Positions 49,288-59,536 of a stretch of 64,000 nucleotides of DNA are shown piece by piece. A program made the translations under genes and the position numbers. How positions within the stretch are numbered: the stretch's first letter is position 1; each line of letters starts with the position of its first letter. Under the pieces are notes generated by a model. It saw nothing but the letters and a program-made list of their open reading frames with translations. It was not told where the DNA came from and did no database searches. Source of the DNA: Candidatus Izemoplasma sp. Its GTDB lineage: Bacteria; Bacillota_I; Bacilli_A; Izemoplasmatales; Izemoplasmataceae. Location of the stretch: contig JASFZA010000007.1 in NCBI GenBank assembly GCA_045046715.1, positions 14,945 to 78,944 of the forward strand. Reading direction: 5' to 3'.

Positions 49288-49295
49288 AATAAATA
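49288..49295 (+). promoter_or_regulatory. late-promoter-like AATAAATA upstream of the 1959-aa gene
   Basis: AATAAATA (7/8 match to TATAAATA) 32 nt upstream of the ATG at 49327. Confidence 0.3.
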
Positions 49296-49326
49296 AAGTA
49301 TATTTACAATAATAGACAAAGACATA

Positions 49327-52300
49327 ATGGCATATAAAGATTTAGTTGGTACCAAACCGTTTTACGATGACTTCAATAAAGACTTAAATTTTCTAAGTTG
49401 TTTATTTGTTCCCGGTAGAGCAGTTCAAGGAAGAGAGTTAACCCAAGCACAAACTATATTACAAAATCAGGTTTCACAATTAGCTGGACATATATTTGAA
49501 AATAATAGTTTAGTATATGGTGGTGAAATTGATTTTAATAATCATAAACCTGCCGCTAAGGTTGAATTAGAATATTTTAATACTGGTGGAACTACTACTG
49601 GAGTGGTTATAAACCCCGAATCACTTATAGGCAACACTTATGCCAATACTGCGGAATCTTCTCAATTTACAATAACACATGCTAAAATAGTTAATAGTGA
49701 ATTATTCATTTACTATTCATACACCGGTGTTAATGCTTTAAGTAACGAACAATTAAATGCTTTAACTGGGACCAATTTAGATCTTAAAATTATAGATTCT
49801 TCATTTAATGCTACTTCAGTTCAATGTAGACCTGGGATTATATTTAAAGATGGATATTTTATTACAATTATTGAGCAAGAGAAAGTTATCGCCAATCAAT
49901 CTACCGGTAGAATTTCTAGTGGTTATAGATTTGAAGAAGATATTGTTGATGAAAATGATCCATATTATGGTGCAACATTAAGAGATCCAGCAAACGGTTC
50001 GTATAATGCTAATGCTCCGGGTGCAAGTCGTTATAGAATTACTCCAATCCTAGATGGGTACGAAGATGATGCTTCCGATACTAATCGAGTCAAAATTTGG
50101 TCTATTGAAGATGGATCGATAATTGAGTCTGGCAGAAATGTCCAAATAGATGATTTCTTCCAAAAATACCGTGAAATTGTTGTAATACAAAATGGTAACA
50201 TCATTAAAGATAACCAAGAACCTATTTATGGCGATATCTTAAAAATGATAGCCCGTAGAACATCAGACGAATCTGGCGATTATACAATAGACGATTTCAA
50301 ACTAAGAGCATTCTTCGGTAAACAATTACCATCAGCTCCTAACTATAAAATATCTGTAAGTTCTGGTAAAGCATATGTTAAAGGATTCGAACATGAAAAA
50401 TTAACTAAAACGATTTTAGAACCAACTAAAGCTAGAACATTTAATACAATTACTTCAGGTAGAGCCAATTCTAAAGGAATGTATTATGTTGTTTTAGATC
50501 AAGAAACTTCGGCCCAGGAACAATTAAAAACTACTGGAGCTACAGGCTACCCATCTTTTGAAGAATTTACAGAAGTTAATTTTTATAATGCAACTCATTC
50601 AATAATTGGATCTGGAAGATTATTAACGATCACAAGGCAATCAAGCGATTATAGAGCATATTTTGGTGGTATGACAAGTGTTGTAGCTAATATCAAAAAT
50701 GTGGCCTATTTCCAAGAAGCTTCATCTACTATGAAATTCTATTTAAGACAAGGCACCGATGGCCCTGATATCTTTGGTAGTAGAAATCCATTAGTGTATC
50801 CAATTGAAGGAACTATTTTTACAAAAAATGTAGGATTATTAACTTATGATTCACAATTAGAAATTGAAATTAATTCTAATGGATCTGGCGAAGCTTTAAT
50901 CGTTAGAAATCCTGGCGAAATCGAATTTTATGACCATAACAACGGTGGTATTATTATGATCCAAGATACCGTTACAGGAGCTCAGGTAGATATTGATACT
51001 CTAACAGCTTCAGGAGGATCTTCTAATACCATCTCTGGTTTGGCAAATAATACATCTTATAGAACAATTCTTAAAGCTGAAATTGTAGATTCTCAACAAC
51101 GTACAAAATCTTTAACAACTGTTACGGACGAATTACATACTTTAGGATCAGATGATATTATTACTTTGAATCAAGAAGATGTTTATGATATCGAAAGTAT
51201 TAAAGAAGTCGGAGCTGGGTCAGATTATACATTTACAGCGGCCGAAAGAAATAATACTACTTTTGATACAGGAGCTACTGATTTTTGGTATGACAAAGGT
51301 ACTATTTCAGGTGTTAGAAGAAACGGCTTAAAGCGTTCTATCGGAGCTAGACAGTTTAAAATTTCTTATAGATATTTCACTCATTCTGCTTTAACAGAAA
51401 CTTCTCAATTTTTCACAGTGAATTCTTATTTTACTGATTTTTCAACTGAACTCGGAAGTATAAAATCTTTTAAATCTTCTAATAAAATTAATTATAAACT
51501 TTTAGATTGTATTGATTTTAGACCTAAATTAAGTGAAATCGTTGGCGGGAAGGCGAACGTAGCGAACCCTTTTGGGAGAATGAGCTTTTCTTATGAAACT
51601 TATATGCCTAGAATCGATAGAGTTTTCATTACATCAGAAGGTGTAATTGATTTTACCGAAGGAGTTCCATCTGCTCAAAATTTACCAGAAGTTCCTCCAT
51701 TATTAGAAGAGTCAATGTCTTTAGGTACAACATTCGTGCCAGCATATACTCCTAATGCAGTAGAAATTCAAATTCAAGTTAATGATAATAGACGTTACAC
51801 AATGCGAGATATTGGTAATCTTGAAGATCGTATTGAAAATTTAGAAGTTTATACTTCTTTAAGCGCTTTAGAAAGATCCGCATCTGATTTAAATATATTT
51901 GATTCTAACGGTTTTGATAGATTTAAAAATGGAATCTTTGTAGATCCATTTAATAATCATTTAATTGGTAATTTATTAGACGATGAATATAGAGTTGTAA
52001 CATATCCTGGTGGAGGTATGACTTGCCCATTTGAAGCGGTTGCTTTAGAATTTGATCAGTCAGTCGTTACTCCTACGGATTCGGTAGCGAATTTTCCTCA
52101 TTTGATTACTTCTCGAATAGAGCTAATCAAGCCTTTAGCAAAAAATTTAACGGCTTCAACTTGTATTAATGTTAATCCATATCTATATGCTGAATGGGAA
52201 GGCACTGTTGAAATTAATCCTAGTTTAGATACTTGGACTGAAACTAGATATGACCCGGAAGAAGTTTTAAGTGGTTTTATATTATTTGGAGTTGCTAGCG

Positions 52301-55206
52301 CAAATGGTGGATTTGGAACCAATGCATCTGACAATGCTAGAATCATACAAGAATTAGGAAGCGATTGGCAGAATTGGGGACAATGGATGGGCCTTGATAG
52401 AAATACTTGGAGATCGTATGCAAACAATCGTTGGAATGCTCAAACTTCTGTAGGAAGCCGATCAGGATCGCAAGGAGACATCTCTATTGAAGCTATATAT
52501 AGCGGTGGTAGTTCAGGAGGAGGTACGGCTTTTTCTTCAGTAACAACAGATCGTTTAGTTTCTAACGAAAATGCAGCTTTTGCTAGACCAATTACTATTG
52601 ATTACCAAATAGAGAACATGAGGCCTAATGTAGTGTTACAGGCTTCTATGGGAGCCGTTGATTTAGTATTATCTAATGATACTACTGATGGGATTGGTAA
52701 CGTATCAGGAACGTTTGAAATAGATGAGTTTACTATTCCTACTGGAGTTAATTTATTAGAAGTTTCTGACGCAAATGAAACCTCTACTGCCCAAACCACT
52801 TTTACTTCTCAAGGAGTTATCGAAAGAAGACAAAGAAATACAATTAATCTAACATGGCATGATCCTTTAGCTCAATCATTTTTAGTCGATTCAGTAGGTG
52901 GAGCCTTTTTGTCTAGTGTTGATGTATATGTTAGAACAAAACCAGTATTTGGATCATTTGAAGATTTTCCTTTAGAAGTAGCAATTGTTGAAATGTTAAA
53001 TGGTTACCCAACTCAAAATATTTTAAGATTCTCTAAAGTGTCATTAACCTCTAATTTGGTTAATGCTACGGTTGGTTCAATTGACGAAGATTCAGTTCAA
53101 CAAGGTTTAACCAATTTTACTTTTTCTGATCCTGTTTATGTTGAAGAAGGTAAAGAATATGCAATTGTTGTATCATCTCAATCACCAGATTATTGTGTAT
53201 GGGTTTCAGTACTTGGAGAACAGAATGTATTTAACGATGGAATTTTAGTAGGAACCGGCGGCAATAATACTGCTACGGCTCCTTCTCACCAATTACCTGA
53301 TTCTATTTTAGGTAGTTATCAAACTCCTGTTTGGTCACCTAATTCAGGCCAATATGTAACTAGAGAAGAGTTTCAGCAAATTTATGGAAACAACGCTCCA
53401 GAAAATGCTAATCCAGGCACAGGAACAACTGGAGGCACAGGAGCCGGTATTTCAAGGCAGCCTTATTTAGGTAGCTTATTCTTATCGCAAAATAGTTCTA
53501 CTTGGACAGCCGATCAAATGAAAGATTTAACATTTTCATTAAACCAATACCAATTTAAGAAAGATTTTGATTCGCATTATATTGCTAAAGATAACAAGCA
53601 AGATCAGTTTGGAAATCATACTATATATGGAGATACACAAACGTTTGCATTTGGAGATGTAGTTGATAATTCTACATTTGTAATGGCTAGACATTTAGGT
53701 GGATTAACAGAAGCTAATATTTCCGTTATTCATAGCAATACAGGTTTAGGAGATAATGGCTTATTATCAGCCTTTGCAGATCCTGCCGAATATACTTTAG
53801 ATCTAGAAAATAATACAATTATTCTAACAACAGCTTTAGCGGTTACAGAATCAGTAGTAATTAGTACAAGAGAAGTTAATTTATTAAGAAGAAATCAGAA
53901 TCAAGGTTCTACTTTATTCTTAAATTTAGGCGAATTTGTATTACCTGGAACGCAACTGCAACATTCTTATGATAATCAAAAAAATAGTTCTCCTTCATTA
54001 AGTGCAGGAAATGTTTTAGCTAATGGTAAAGAAATCTCTAACAGGCAAAATTTACTATTAGATACAGAATTAGTTATTGATGATGGAATTAATGGGTTTT
54101 CAACAAGTCCTTCGGCTGATGTAAATAACTTATGGATACAAAATACGTTCAATACCGGTAATGCTAATATTTCAGCAGTGCTTGAAAAAGAAGCTTATAG
54201 ATTTGTATTAGTCAGAAATTTAACAATTCCTTTAAATAATTTTGACGATCCGGATAATGCGTCTCGCTGGGATGCAGGCAAATATGTTGGTAAAACAGTC
54301 GAACTATTAGAAGAAGCCGATGATTTAAGAGTAATTGTTGATGCTTACTTACCTAATAATTCAGATATCGAAGTATTTTATAGAGCCATCGATAGCGAAA
54401 CAAGTTATGTGACAGTTGATAAAGATACAGTTACGAGAAGTAATATTTCTGAATATGAAGATTTATTTGGACAGAAAGTTCAATTATTTAATCTAACTGG
54501 AGGAAATCTTGTCCAAGATAGTGTTGATAAAGCCTATGTGAATGGTGTTTCATACAGAACAAGTAGTTCTCAAAGCTATTCAGCATTAAATGATTATTCG
54601 ATTGGTAATAAAGTTATTGCATCGGACGGTAATGAATATATTTGTATTGATGATCATGTCTCAGGAGATGCTGCTCCAGATTCACCTTCAGTTAAATGGC
54701 AAACATATGATGCCAGAGTTTATTTAACTAACATCGGTGATGCTACCGCTTATTCAGGATTAACTGATGGATATTTAATTGATGATACTCAATTATCCGC
54801 ACCATCAACTCCTTGTGGAGTATGGTCTGATATTGTAGATTATAGCCAAGATGATTATGTAATCCATAATAATACTATTTTTAGAAAAGTAGCAGATGGT
54901 GGAGCAGATGCCGGAACTTACCCAACAATTCAAGGAACTGCATGGGATTTAATACCATCTATTCGACTAGGAACTCCTACAGGAGTTCTATTAGATGATG
55001 CTTCTGGAGAATGGAAGCCAATGAAATATTCTGATCCTTCTTTTGATTCTACAGCGGCTTCTTCAAATTTTATAGAATTTACCTTTGTCCCGGAAATTGC
55101 ACCGGCGACATCGTTCGAAGATTTTGCTTTAAAAGTTGAATTAATTAGTTCAACTAAAGCGCATATGCCAATTATCAGAAACTTTAGAGCAATAGCAGTA
55201 TTATAA
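49327..55206 (+). CDS. giant virion structural protein (1959 aa), putative tail fibre/baseplate component with C-terminal carbohydrate-binding-like repeats
   Basis: N-terminus FVPGRAVQGRELTQAQTILQNQVSQLAGHIF resembles a conserved phage structural N-terminal domain (recalled as DUF4815-like). Two CBM5/12-like W/Y-rich repeats near 54.57-54.71 kb and 54.83-54.96 kb. Late-gene position. Confidence 0.7.
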   Translation: MAYKDLVGTKPFYDDFNKDLNFLSCLFVPGRAVQGRELTQAQTILQNQVSQLAGHIFENNSLVYGGEIDFNNHKPAAKVELEYFNTGGTTTGVVINPESLIGNTYANTAESSQFTITHAKIVNSELFIYYSYTGVNALSNEQLNALTGTNLDLKIIDSSFNATSVQCRPGIIFKDGYFITIIEQEKVIANQSTGRISSGYRFEEDIVDENDPYYGATLRDPANGSYNANAPGASRYRITPILDGYEDDASDTNRVKIWSIEDGSIIESGRNVQIDDFFQKYREIVVIQNGNIIKDNQEPIYGDILKMIARRTSDESGDYTIDDFKLRAFFGKQLPSAPNYKISVSSGKAYVKGFEHEKLTKTILEPTKARTFNTITSGRANSKGMYYVVLDQETSAQEQLKTTGATGYPSFEEFTEVNFYNATHSIIGSGRLLTITRQSSDYRAYFGGMTSVVANIKNVAYFQEASSTMKFYLRQGTDGPDIFGSRNPLVYPIEGTIFTKNVGLLTYDSQLEIEINSNGSGEALIVRNPGEIEFYDHNNGGIIMIQDTVTGAQVDIDTLTASGGSSNTISGLANNTSYRTILKAEIVDSQQRTKSLTTVTDELHTLGSDDIITLNQEDVYDIESIKEVGAGSDYTFTAAERNNTTFDTGATDFWYDKGTISGVRRNGLKRSIGARQFKISYRYFTHSALTETSQFFTVNSYFTDFSTELGSIKSFKSSNKINYKLLDCIDFRPKLSEIVGGKANVANPFGRMSFSYETYMPRIDRVFITSEGVIDFTEGVPSAQNLPEVPPLLEESMSLGTTFVPAYTPNAVEIQIQVNDNRRYTMRDIGNLEDRIENLEVYTSLSALERSASDLNIFDSNGFDRFKNGIFVDPFNNHLIGNLLDDEYRVVTYPGGGMTCPFEAVALEFDQSVVTPTDSVANFPHLITSRIELIKPLAKNLTASTCINVNPYLYAEWEGTVEINPSLDTWTETRYDPEEVLSGFILFGVASANGGFGTNASDNARIIQELGSDWQNWGQWMGLDRNTWRSYANNRWNAQTSVGSRSGSQGDISIEAIYSGGSSGGGTAFSSVTTDRLVSNENAAFARPITIDYQIENMRPNVVLQASMGAVDLVLSNDTTDGIGNVSGTFEIDEFTIPTGVNLLEVSDANETSTAQTTFTSQGVIERRQRNTINLTWHDPLAQSFLVDSVGGAFLSSVDVYVRTKPVFGSFEDFPLEVAIVEMLNGYPTQNILRFSKVSLTSNLVNATVGSIDEDSVQQGLTNFTFSDPVYVEEGKEYAIVVSSQSPDYCVWVSVLGEQNVFNDGILVGTGGNNTATAPSHQLPDSILGSYQTPVWSPNSGQYVTREEFQQIYGNNAPENANPGTGTTGGTGAGISRQPYLGSLFLSQNSSTWTADQMKDLTFSLNQYQFKKDFDSHYIAKDNKQDQFGNHTIYGDTQTFAFGDVVDNSTFVMARHLGGLTEANISVIHSNTGLGDNGLLSAFADPAEYTLDLENNTIILTTALAVTESVVISTREVNLLRRNQNQGSTLFLNLGEFVLPGTQLQHSYDNQKNSSPSLSAGNVLANGKEISNRQNLLLDTELVIDDGINGFSTSPSADVNNLWIQNTFNTGNANISAVLEKEAYRFVLVRNLTIPLNNFDDPDNASRWDAGKYVGKTVELLEEADDLRVIVDAYLPNNSDIEVFYRAIDSETSYVTVDKDTVTRSNISEYEDLFGQKVQLFNLTGGNLVQDSVDKAYVNGVSYRTSSSQSYSALNDYSIGNKVIASDGNEYICIDDHVSGDAAPDSPSVKWQTYDARVYLTNIGDATAYSGLTDGYLIDDTQLSAPSTPCGVWSDIVDYSQDDYVIHNNTIFRKVADGGADAGTYPTIQGTAWDLIPSIRLGTPTGVLLDDASGEWKPMKYSDPSFDSTAASSNFIEFTFVPEIAPATSFEDFALKVELISSTKAHMPIIRNFRAIAVL

Positions 55207-55433
55207 TGACTGAAAGATATATAACAGTAGAGGACGTTCCAGCGGTAAGAGATACCAAATCTGGAGCGATCTTATTTAAAAAGAATAGTCAAAGACATCA
55301 AATAGCTAAAAACAGAAAAGCTTTAGTTATAAAAAATAAGAAGCAGGAAGAAGAAGTATCTCGACTTATATCTCAAAACAAATCATTAGAAGAGAGATTA
55401 CTAAAATTAGAACAATTAATAAGAGAAAAATAA
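55206..55433 (+). CDS. small coiled-coil protein (75 aa)
   Basis: ATGA overlap with the upstream gene; heptad-like C-terminus. Confidence 0.55.
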   Translation: MTERYITVEDVPAVRDTKSGAILFKKNSQRHQIAKNRKALVIKNKKQEEEVSRLISQNKSLEERLLKLEQLIREK

Positions 55434-55434
55434 A

Positions 55435-57699
55435 ATGGCAACAATAATCCTAGAAGCAGACGATTTTGTAGTATGGGAGACTAAAATTAATGCACTTATT
55501 GCTGAATATAATAATTCGGATTTAAGTGATATGAAAGTCCCATTCCAACTAAACGGCGATGAAGCTTCTCCAATAATTAACACAAAATATGGCGAAGTCA
55601 GATTTACAGCAGATTTCAATAACATAAATTACGCTGCTATTACTGGTGAAACAGGATCAGTTTTAGACGATATGTCTTTACACTTTGAAATATTAAAAGG
55701 AGGAGTTTTATTCGAAAGCCTAGTTTTACACGAAGATAGTAACTTTTTAATTCTTAACCCTCTATTTGATTCAGGATCTTACAATTTTGTAGGCGGAAGC
55801 ACTGCCGGAATGATTGGCGACAGAAATTTCGTATGGGCAACAGGAGCTGATGCCGATGTGAATGGAGATAGTAATGCTACTTTTTTTGGTCAAGATGGCA
55901 TTGCTACCGGAAATCATAATTTCAGTGGGCCAGGTAATCTACAAACCATAACAGGAGATTTTAATGTCTTGGGTGGTGGTGATACCAACACCATTAATGC
56001 TAATTACGGTTCAATAGGCGGTGGTAAAAATAATATAGTATCTCAAAATTATGGTATGATTCCAGGTGGAATAGGCAATACCGTATCTGCCAGCTATGGG
56101 TCTGCAAGCGGTAGAAATAGTACAGTATCTTGTAATTATGGCTTTGCTCACGGAGATAACGTTCTAGCCAGCGGAGCAAGCGCTGCCATTTGCATGGGCC
56201 TTAATTCTACTTCTACAAATACCGTTTCGGTATCAATTGGTTTTGGCACAGACGCAACCGGCGCGTCAGCAGTCGCATTAGGTAATGGGACATTAGCTTC
56301 AGCCACTTGGTCAACTGCTACAGGTCGTAATACAACCGCATCAGGAAATTCTTCTTTTGCTTCAGGTATTGCTACAACCGCATCAGGTAATGCTTCTACA
56401 GCAATGGGAAGCGTAACATCAGCATTAGCGGATTATACTACAGTTGGTGGAGGATATTATAATAAAGTTGAAGCATTAGGTGGAACAATTGCAGGTGGGT
56501 ATTCTTTAGATGCAGGAACGACGTTTAATCATGTCGTAGGTAGACAAGGCACAATTGGTGGTGGCTCTGGTAATGTTGTAGGAGATGTAGGTAATATCGA
56601 TCACGCAACAATTGGAATACTTTCTACCATTGCAGGCGGTTGGAATAACCTTGTAACTGGAGCATATTCTACCGTTGGAGGTGGAGCTGGGCATAATGTT
56701 TCAGGATCATCTTCATGGGTCGGCGGTGGAGGTGCCCATAATGTTTCAGGCGCGTTTAGCGGAGTCTCTTCAGGAGTGTCAAACACGGTTAATGGCTCAA
56801 ATTCTTTAATTGGGTGTGGATCAACAAATCTAGTAGATGGAAATTATTCATTTTTAGGATCTGGGCTCAATAATTCTTTAGCAGGCGCTAGCAGCTTTTT
56901 AGGTAGCGGTGAAAGTAATACGGTCAACGGTTTATATAATTTAATCGCAGGCGGATTTAGTAATACTATCGGCTTTGGTGCACAATGGTCAAGTATAGTT
57001 GGTGGTAATAATAATACTAATTCTGCTTTTGGTGGAGTTATAGGTGGCGGTTTCAACCATGTTATGACGGGCAGTACCGGTTCAATTGGTGGTGGTGATT
57101 CAAATACCGTAGGTGGTTCTTATGCGACCATTCCAGGAGGAACTCAGAACTTAGCAAATGGATCCGGAAGTTTTGCTCAAGGAACTAGGGCCAAAGCAGA
57201 GTTAGCAGGCCAATTTGTAATTTCTGATACGAATTTTGATGATTGGAGTAATACAGTTGATACTACAAGAATCTGGTTGGCAGATCAATTTAATGCTAGA
57301 TTCGCAGGAGGTTTTTACTTAGCCTCAGGATACGATGGTGCTGGTGTTCCAACATCTGGTTCTCAATTAGCATCAGGATCTAATGCATGGGCGGTATTAT
57401 CAGATAGAAGTAAGAAAACTGAATTTGAATCAGTAGATCATAAAAATACTGTTGATAAATTAAGAAAATTAAAATTATTGCAATGGAGCTATATCTCAGA
57501 TGTTGAATCCAAAAAAGATAAGCAATATATTGGTTATCTTGCTCAAGATTTTCATTCAACTTTTAACTTTGGAGCCAATGTAGATAAATTATCTATTGAT
57601 ACTTTACAATATGACGGAGTGCATGCAAGTGCTATTAAAGGCTTAATTGAAATGGTAGATGCTCAGCAAAAACAAATTAATAAACTTTTAAACAAATAA
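55435..57699 (+). CDS. tail fibre / spike protein with Gly-rich beta-roll repeats and C-terminal S74 intramolecular chaperone domain
   Basis: Many GG.N.V.G..S.IGGG-type repeats; C-terminus SDRSKKTEF...LKLLQWSY...IGYLAQDF...DGVHASAIKGLIE typical of the auto-cleaving chaperone domain. Confidence 0.8.
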   Translation: MATIILEADDFVVWETKINALIAEYNNSDLSDMKVPFQLNGDEASPIINTKYGEVRFTADFNNINYAAITGETGSVLDDMSLHFEILKGGVLFESLVLHEDSNFLILNPLFDSGSYNFVGGSTAGMIGDRNFVWATGADADVNGDSNATFFGQDGIATGNHNFSGPGNLQTITGDFNVLGGGDTNTINANYGSIGGGKNNIVSQNYGMIPGGIGNTVSASYGSASGRNSTVSCNYGFAHGDNVLASGASAAICMGLNSTSTNTVSVSIGFGTDATGASAVALGNGTLASATWSTATGRNTTASGNSSFASGIATTASGNASTAMGSVTSALADYTTVGGGYYNKVEALGGTIAGGYSLDAGTTFNHVVGRQGTIGGGSGNVVGDVGNIDHATIGILSTIAGGWNNLVTGAYSTVGGGAGHNVSGSSSWVGGGGAHNVSGAFSGVSSGVSNTVNGSNSLIGCGSTNLVDGNYSFLGSGLNNSLAGASSFLGSGESNTVNGLYNLIAGGFSNTIGFGAQWSSIVGGNNNTNSAFGGVIGGGFNHVMTGSTGSIGGGDSNTVGGSYATIPGGTQNLANGSGSFAQGTRAKAELAGQFVISDTNFDDWSNTVDTTRIWLADQFNARFAGGFYLASGYDGAGVPTSGSQLASGSNAWAVLSDRSKKTEFESVDHKNTVDKLRKLKLLQWSYISDVESKKDKQYIGYLAQDFHSTFNFGANVDKLSIDTLQYDGVHASAIKGLIEMVDAQQKQINKLLNK

Positions 57700-57700
57700 A

Positions 57701-57931
57701 ATGAACAAAGCAACTTTAGGAATTTTCGTATCCTCTTTAATAGCGGAGGATGTCATTCATCTGACTCCAGATCTGAAACAGTATATTGAAAATACTGCTA
57801 TTTCATTATCGGTTCTTTCTGGGTCTCATGTAACTTCAAAGTTGGGTCATGTAAATGATAAAAAATCAATATTTTCGAAAATGATAGTTAATTCTAGGTT
57901 TAAAGTAAGTAAAGAAGTAGAATGTGCATAA
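57701..57931 (+). CDS. hypothetical protein (76 aa)
   Basis: ORF starting 1 nt after the fibre gene stop. Confidence 0.5.
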   Translation: MNKATLGIFVSSLIAEDVIHLTPDLKQYIENTAISLSVLSGSHVTSKLGHVNDKKSIFSKMIVNSRFKVSKEVECA

Positions 57932-57962
57932 AAATATGTACATATCTAAAGTTTTAAAGTAA

Positions 57963-57970
57963 TATAAATA
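57963..57970 (+). promoter_or_regulatory. T4-type late promoter TATAAATA
   Basis: Exact TATAAATA, followed by AGGAG (57978-57982) and ATG at 57989. Confidence 0.55.
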
Positions 57971-57988
57971 CCCTAATAGGAGTAATAC

Positions 57989-58240
57989 ATGAAGATTAAA
58001 GATTTTGAAGAATTTTTGCAAGAACAGACTATAGATATTTTGTCTAACCGAGATTTAGTTAAAGACTTAACAAAAGCTGGTTTTAAAGTGTCTAAAGCCA
58101 AGAATCCAGCTGGAACGTTTATTGTACAAGTTAATAGCCGACAAGATAAGAAAAAACTATTAAATTGGATGCTAAAAAACGGATGGGATAAAACCGATAT
58201 CAAAGACGGATATGATACTGAATTTAAAGGACTAGTTTAA
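57989..58240 (+). CDS. hypothetical protein (83 aa)
   Basis: Good RBS and late promoter upstream. Confidence 0.65.
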   Translation: MKIKDFEEFLQEQTIDILSNRDLVKDLTKAGFKVSKAKNPAGTFIVQVNSRQDKKKLLNWMLKNGWDKTDIKDGYDTEFKGLV

Positions 58241-58246
58241 CTACAA

Positions 58247-58954
58247 ATGAGAAATAATATGAAAATAAAAGACGGATGGAAATTAATTCCATTAATATTG
58301 GTGGCAATGTTTATGGCCTCTTGTGCCTCCAATTCAAAATATACGGCCCAAATGTATGCAGATAAACAAAAGACCGAAGTGGCTTCTAAGATCGAACAGG
58401 CCCAAGCTCAATCGCTAGCGTATGCCGCTTGTTCTCAAGATGCAAGCCCGGGTTTATGTGTAGTGGCTTTTAATTTGTCATCAGGCCAAGCTAACGCTAG
58501 TAATGGTTCTAATGCAATTCCTCAATTACGAAGCACAACAGCGGAAGTATTTAAATCGCTTATTAAAGTCGGAGCTCAAGTATATGGCGGCAAGTTAGCA
58601 GCTGATACAATTCAATCTAGTTACACGGCTATTAGAGGAGCCGCAGCAGATGCAGCCGGCGAAAATAGTTCTATTAATGTTGGTGGAGATTATATCGCAG
58701 AAAATAGCGGTAGGATTAATTCTGACAATATAGATAACTCTGACAATTCAGATAATAGCGACAATTCAGATAATAGCGACAATTCAGATAATAGGATAGA
58801 TAATTCTGTGAATGATAGCAATAACGACAATAGTCATGACAACGACAATAGTCATGACAACGACAATTCAAATCACGATAATGACAATGATAATAGTCAT
58901 GACAACGGTGATAATGGATTAGATCCTGTAGACCCCGGCAACGGAGGTGGATAA
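58247..58954 (+). CDS. lipoprotein with D/N/S/H low-complexity C-terminal tail
   Basis: Signal peptide KLIPLILVAMFMAS-C (lipobox-like MASC); tail DNSDNSDNSDNSDNSDN...DNSHDNDNSHDNDNS. Confidence 0.65.
   Translation: MRNNMKIKDGWKLIPLILVAMFMASCASNSKYTAQMYADKQKTEVASKIEQAQAQSLAYAACSQDASPGLCVVAFNLSSGQANASNGSNAIPQLRSTTAEVFKSLIKVGAQVYGGKLAADTIQSSYTAIRGAAADAAGENSSINVGGDYIAENSGRINSDNIDNSDNSDNSDNSDNSDNSDNRIDNSVNDSNNDNSHDNDNSHDNDNSNHDNDNDNSHDNGDNGLDPVDPGNGGG
58742..58861. repeat. in-frame 18-bp tandem repeats inside the lipoprotein gene
   Basis: GACAATTCAGATAATAGC x2.9 (58742-58793) and GACAATAGTCATGACAAC x2 (58826-58861). Confidence 0.9.
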
Positions 58955-59041
58955 TGGAAGGCTTTAACGACTATGTCGATGGTTATCATGGTTGGATCGA
59001 CGGATGGCACGATGGTGTTAGAGATTAAATAAAATAATATT

Positions 59042-59353
59042 ATGAATAATGTGAAAGAAATAAAACAATGGACAAGGTTCTTGCCTGTTGAATTAAAAAT
59101 AGCCGAAGATGAGCAATTCATTAAGGTGTTTAAAATTGTAGTTCCAAAGGTCATTCGAAATGATGGCCTAGGAACTATCGTTATGAAAGAAATTATTAAA
59201 TATGCGAGTTCTCGCTATAAACCTATTATATTAACACCCTCTGCAGATTTTGGAGGAGATGTTGATAGACTTACTAAGTGGTATTCTAGCTTAGGATTCC
59301 AAGATTTGCCACAAATATGGAATCTTGATGATAAAATGTATAAAACCCCATAA
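59042..59353 (+). CDS. small GNAT-like acetyltransferase (103 aa)
   Basis: Motif A-like VIRNDGLGTIVMKEIIKYA and C-terminal WYSSLGFQ. Confidence 0.45.
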   Translation: MNNVKEIKQWTRFLPVELKIAEDEQFIKVFKIVVPKVIRNDGLGTIVMKEIIKYASSRYKPIILTPSADFGGDVDRLTKWYSSLGFQDLPQIWNLDDKMYKTP

Positions 59354-59536
59354 ATAAGTGTACAAACCTAATTAGTTAAGATATAATGGTTTCTCCAATG
59401 AGGTCTAAGTAGTTTAACCTCCTAGTTAGTATTGTTCCCATATGCTATTTAGATCTCTATAACAAATTATATTATTACTATATTATTAATTCATTATGCA
59501 ATCAGTGAATGAGGCGGACAAATCAATGCCTTATTT

